From contig NC_043000.1 in NCBI RefSeq assembly GCF_006345805.1, positions 992,001 to 1,056,000 of the forward strand: DNA of 64,000 nt. The letters run 5' to 3'. The stretch comes from Octopus sinensis. Taxonomy: Eukaryota. Each line of letters opens with the position of its first letter. Within the stretch, counting starts at the first letter, position 1. The position numbers and the translations under genes are program-made. Positions 63,269-64,000 of the stretch are shown piece after piece. The notes under the pieces are model-generated. The model had not been told where the DNA came from. It made no database searches and was given only the letters and a program-made list of their open reading frames with translations.

Positions 63269-63431
63269 TTGCGTAAATATTTGATGACATTTTCTATCCA
63301 AATGCGGCGGTTTCTAGAACTGGCTACCATAGGTATAAAAGGCTCGGAACCAATAATCCAGCCACCCACAGCCAATAGGACCTTTAATTTGGGGTTCTTT
63401 TTCTTCAGTGCTAATGTCCGAGCGTAAAGAC
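63269..63431 (-). CDS. GH18 chitinase, first coding exon visible in window (GLYARTLALKKKNPKLKVLLAVGGWIIGSEPF...VIKYLRK)
   Basis: Acceptor ttaag at 63433-63432, donor AA|GTAAGT; K.NP.LK.LLAVGGW motif; 163 nt, phase 1/2. Confidence 0.95.
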
Positions 63432-64000
63432 CTTAAATATAGAAACAATTATATATTTATTTTACTTAATTTATTTAACCGATATGGAGAACAAGCAAGA
63501 AGTTTTTTTATTATTATTTTTATATCATTATAGAACGGATTTCAACAAGAATAGATCGATTTAGTCCTACACTGTGAACATTTGAATTATATTATCCAAG
63601 ATAGAAGGTGGCGAGCGGGCAGAATCGCTAGCGGCATTTCGTCTGTCTTCACGTTGTGTGTTCAAATTCTGCCGAGGCCGACTTTGCCTTTCATCCTTTC
63701 GGGATCTATAAAATAAGTACCAGTCGAGCAATGGAGTCGATATAATCGACTTACCCTGTTCCCCTAAATTACTGGCCTTGAGCCAAAATATGAAACCGAT
63801 ATTATAGAAGATAGAATACAGCTTCTTTCTAGTTAGACTAAGGACTTCATATAAACCTTAAGTTTATCTCAGTAGTACATAAACGGCGCCCTGTATGGTG
63901 TATCTAGGTATCCTTTTATTCTTTTACTTGTTTCAGTCATTTTGACTGCGGCCATACTGGAGCACCGCCTCTTGTCGAACAAATCGCCCACAGGACTTCT

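Overview
AT-rich, microsatellite- and SINE-dense eukaryotic genomic DNA. The repeat content suggests an octopus (coleoid cephalopod); this is an inference, not a database result. There is one 100-N assembly gap at 19056-19155. Two spliced genes converge tail-to-tail, and each is cut off at its 5' end by the window edge. (1) On +, nine coding exons (1345-33055) of a divergent SLCO/OATP organic anion transporter; all junctions are GT-AG and the reading frame is continuous. (2) On -, eight coding exons (63431-41782) of a GH18 chitinase with an intact FDGFDMDWE motif, a basic Trp/Pro linker, a C-terminal CBM14 domain and a last intron that needs a GC donor. Introns and the intergenic region hold tRNA-derived SINEs and remnants of Penelope-like, CR1-like, R4/Dong-like, Gypsy, mariner and hAT elements. 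The most striking unexplained signal is about 14 candidate minimal type-I hammerhead ribozyme motifs (CTGANGA / stem II / GAAAC / palindromic stem III / GTH), plus degenerate or partial ones, in at least seven unrelated small non-coding repeat families. Most sit in (TA)n tracts and many form fold-back palindromes or tandem arrays. One is a ~570-bp tandem unit and one a 226-bp element with a 15-bp target-site duplication. This looks like a retrozyme-type, Penelope-dependent system. All ribozyme calls come from pairing by eye; no folding software, database search or cleavage assay was run.
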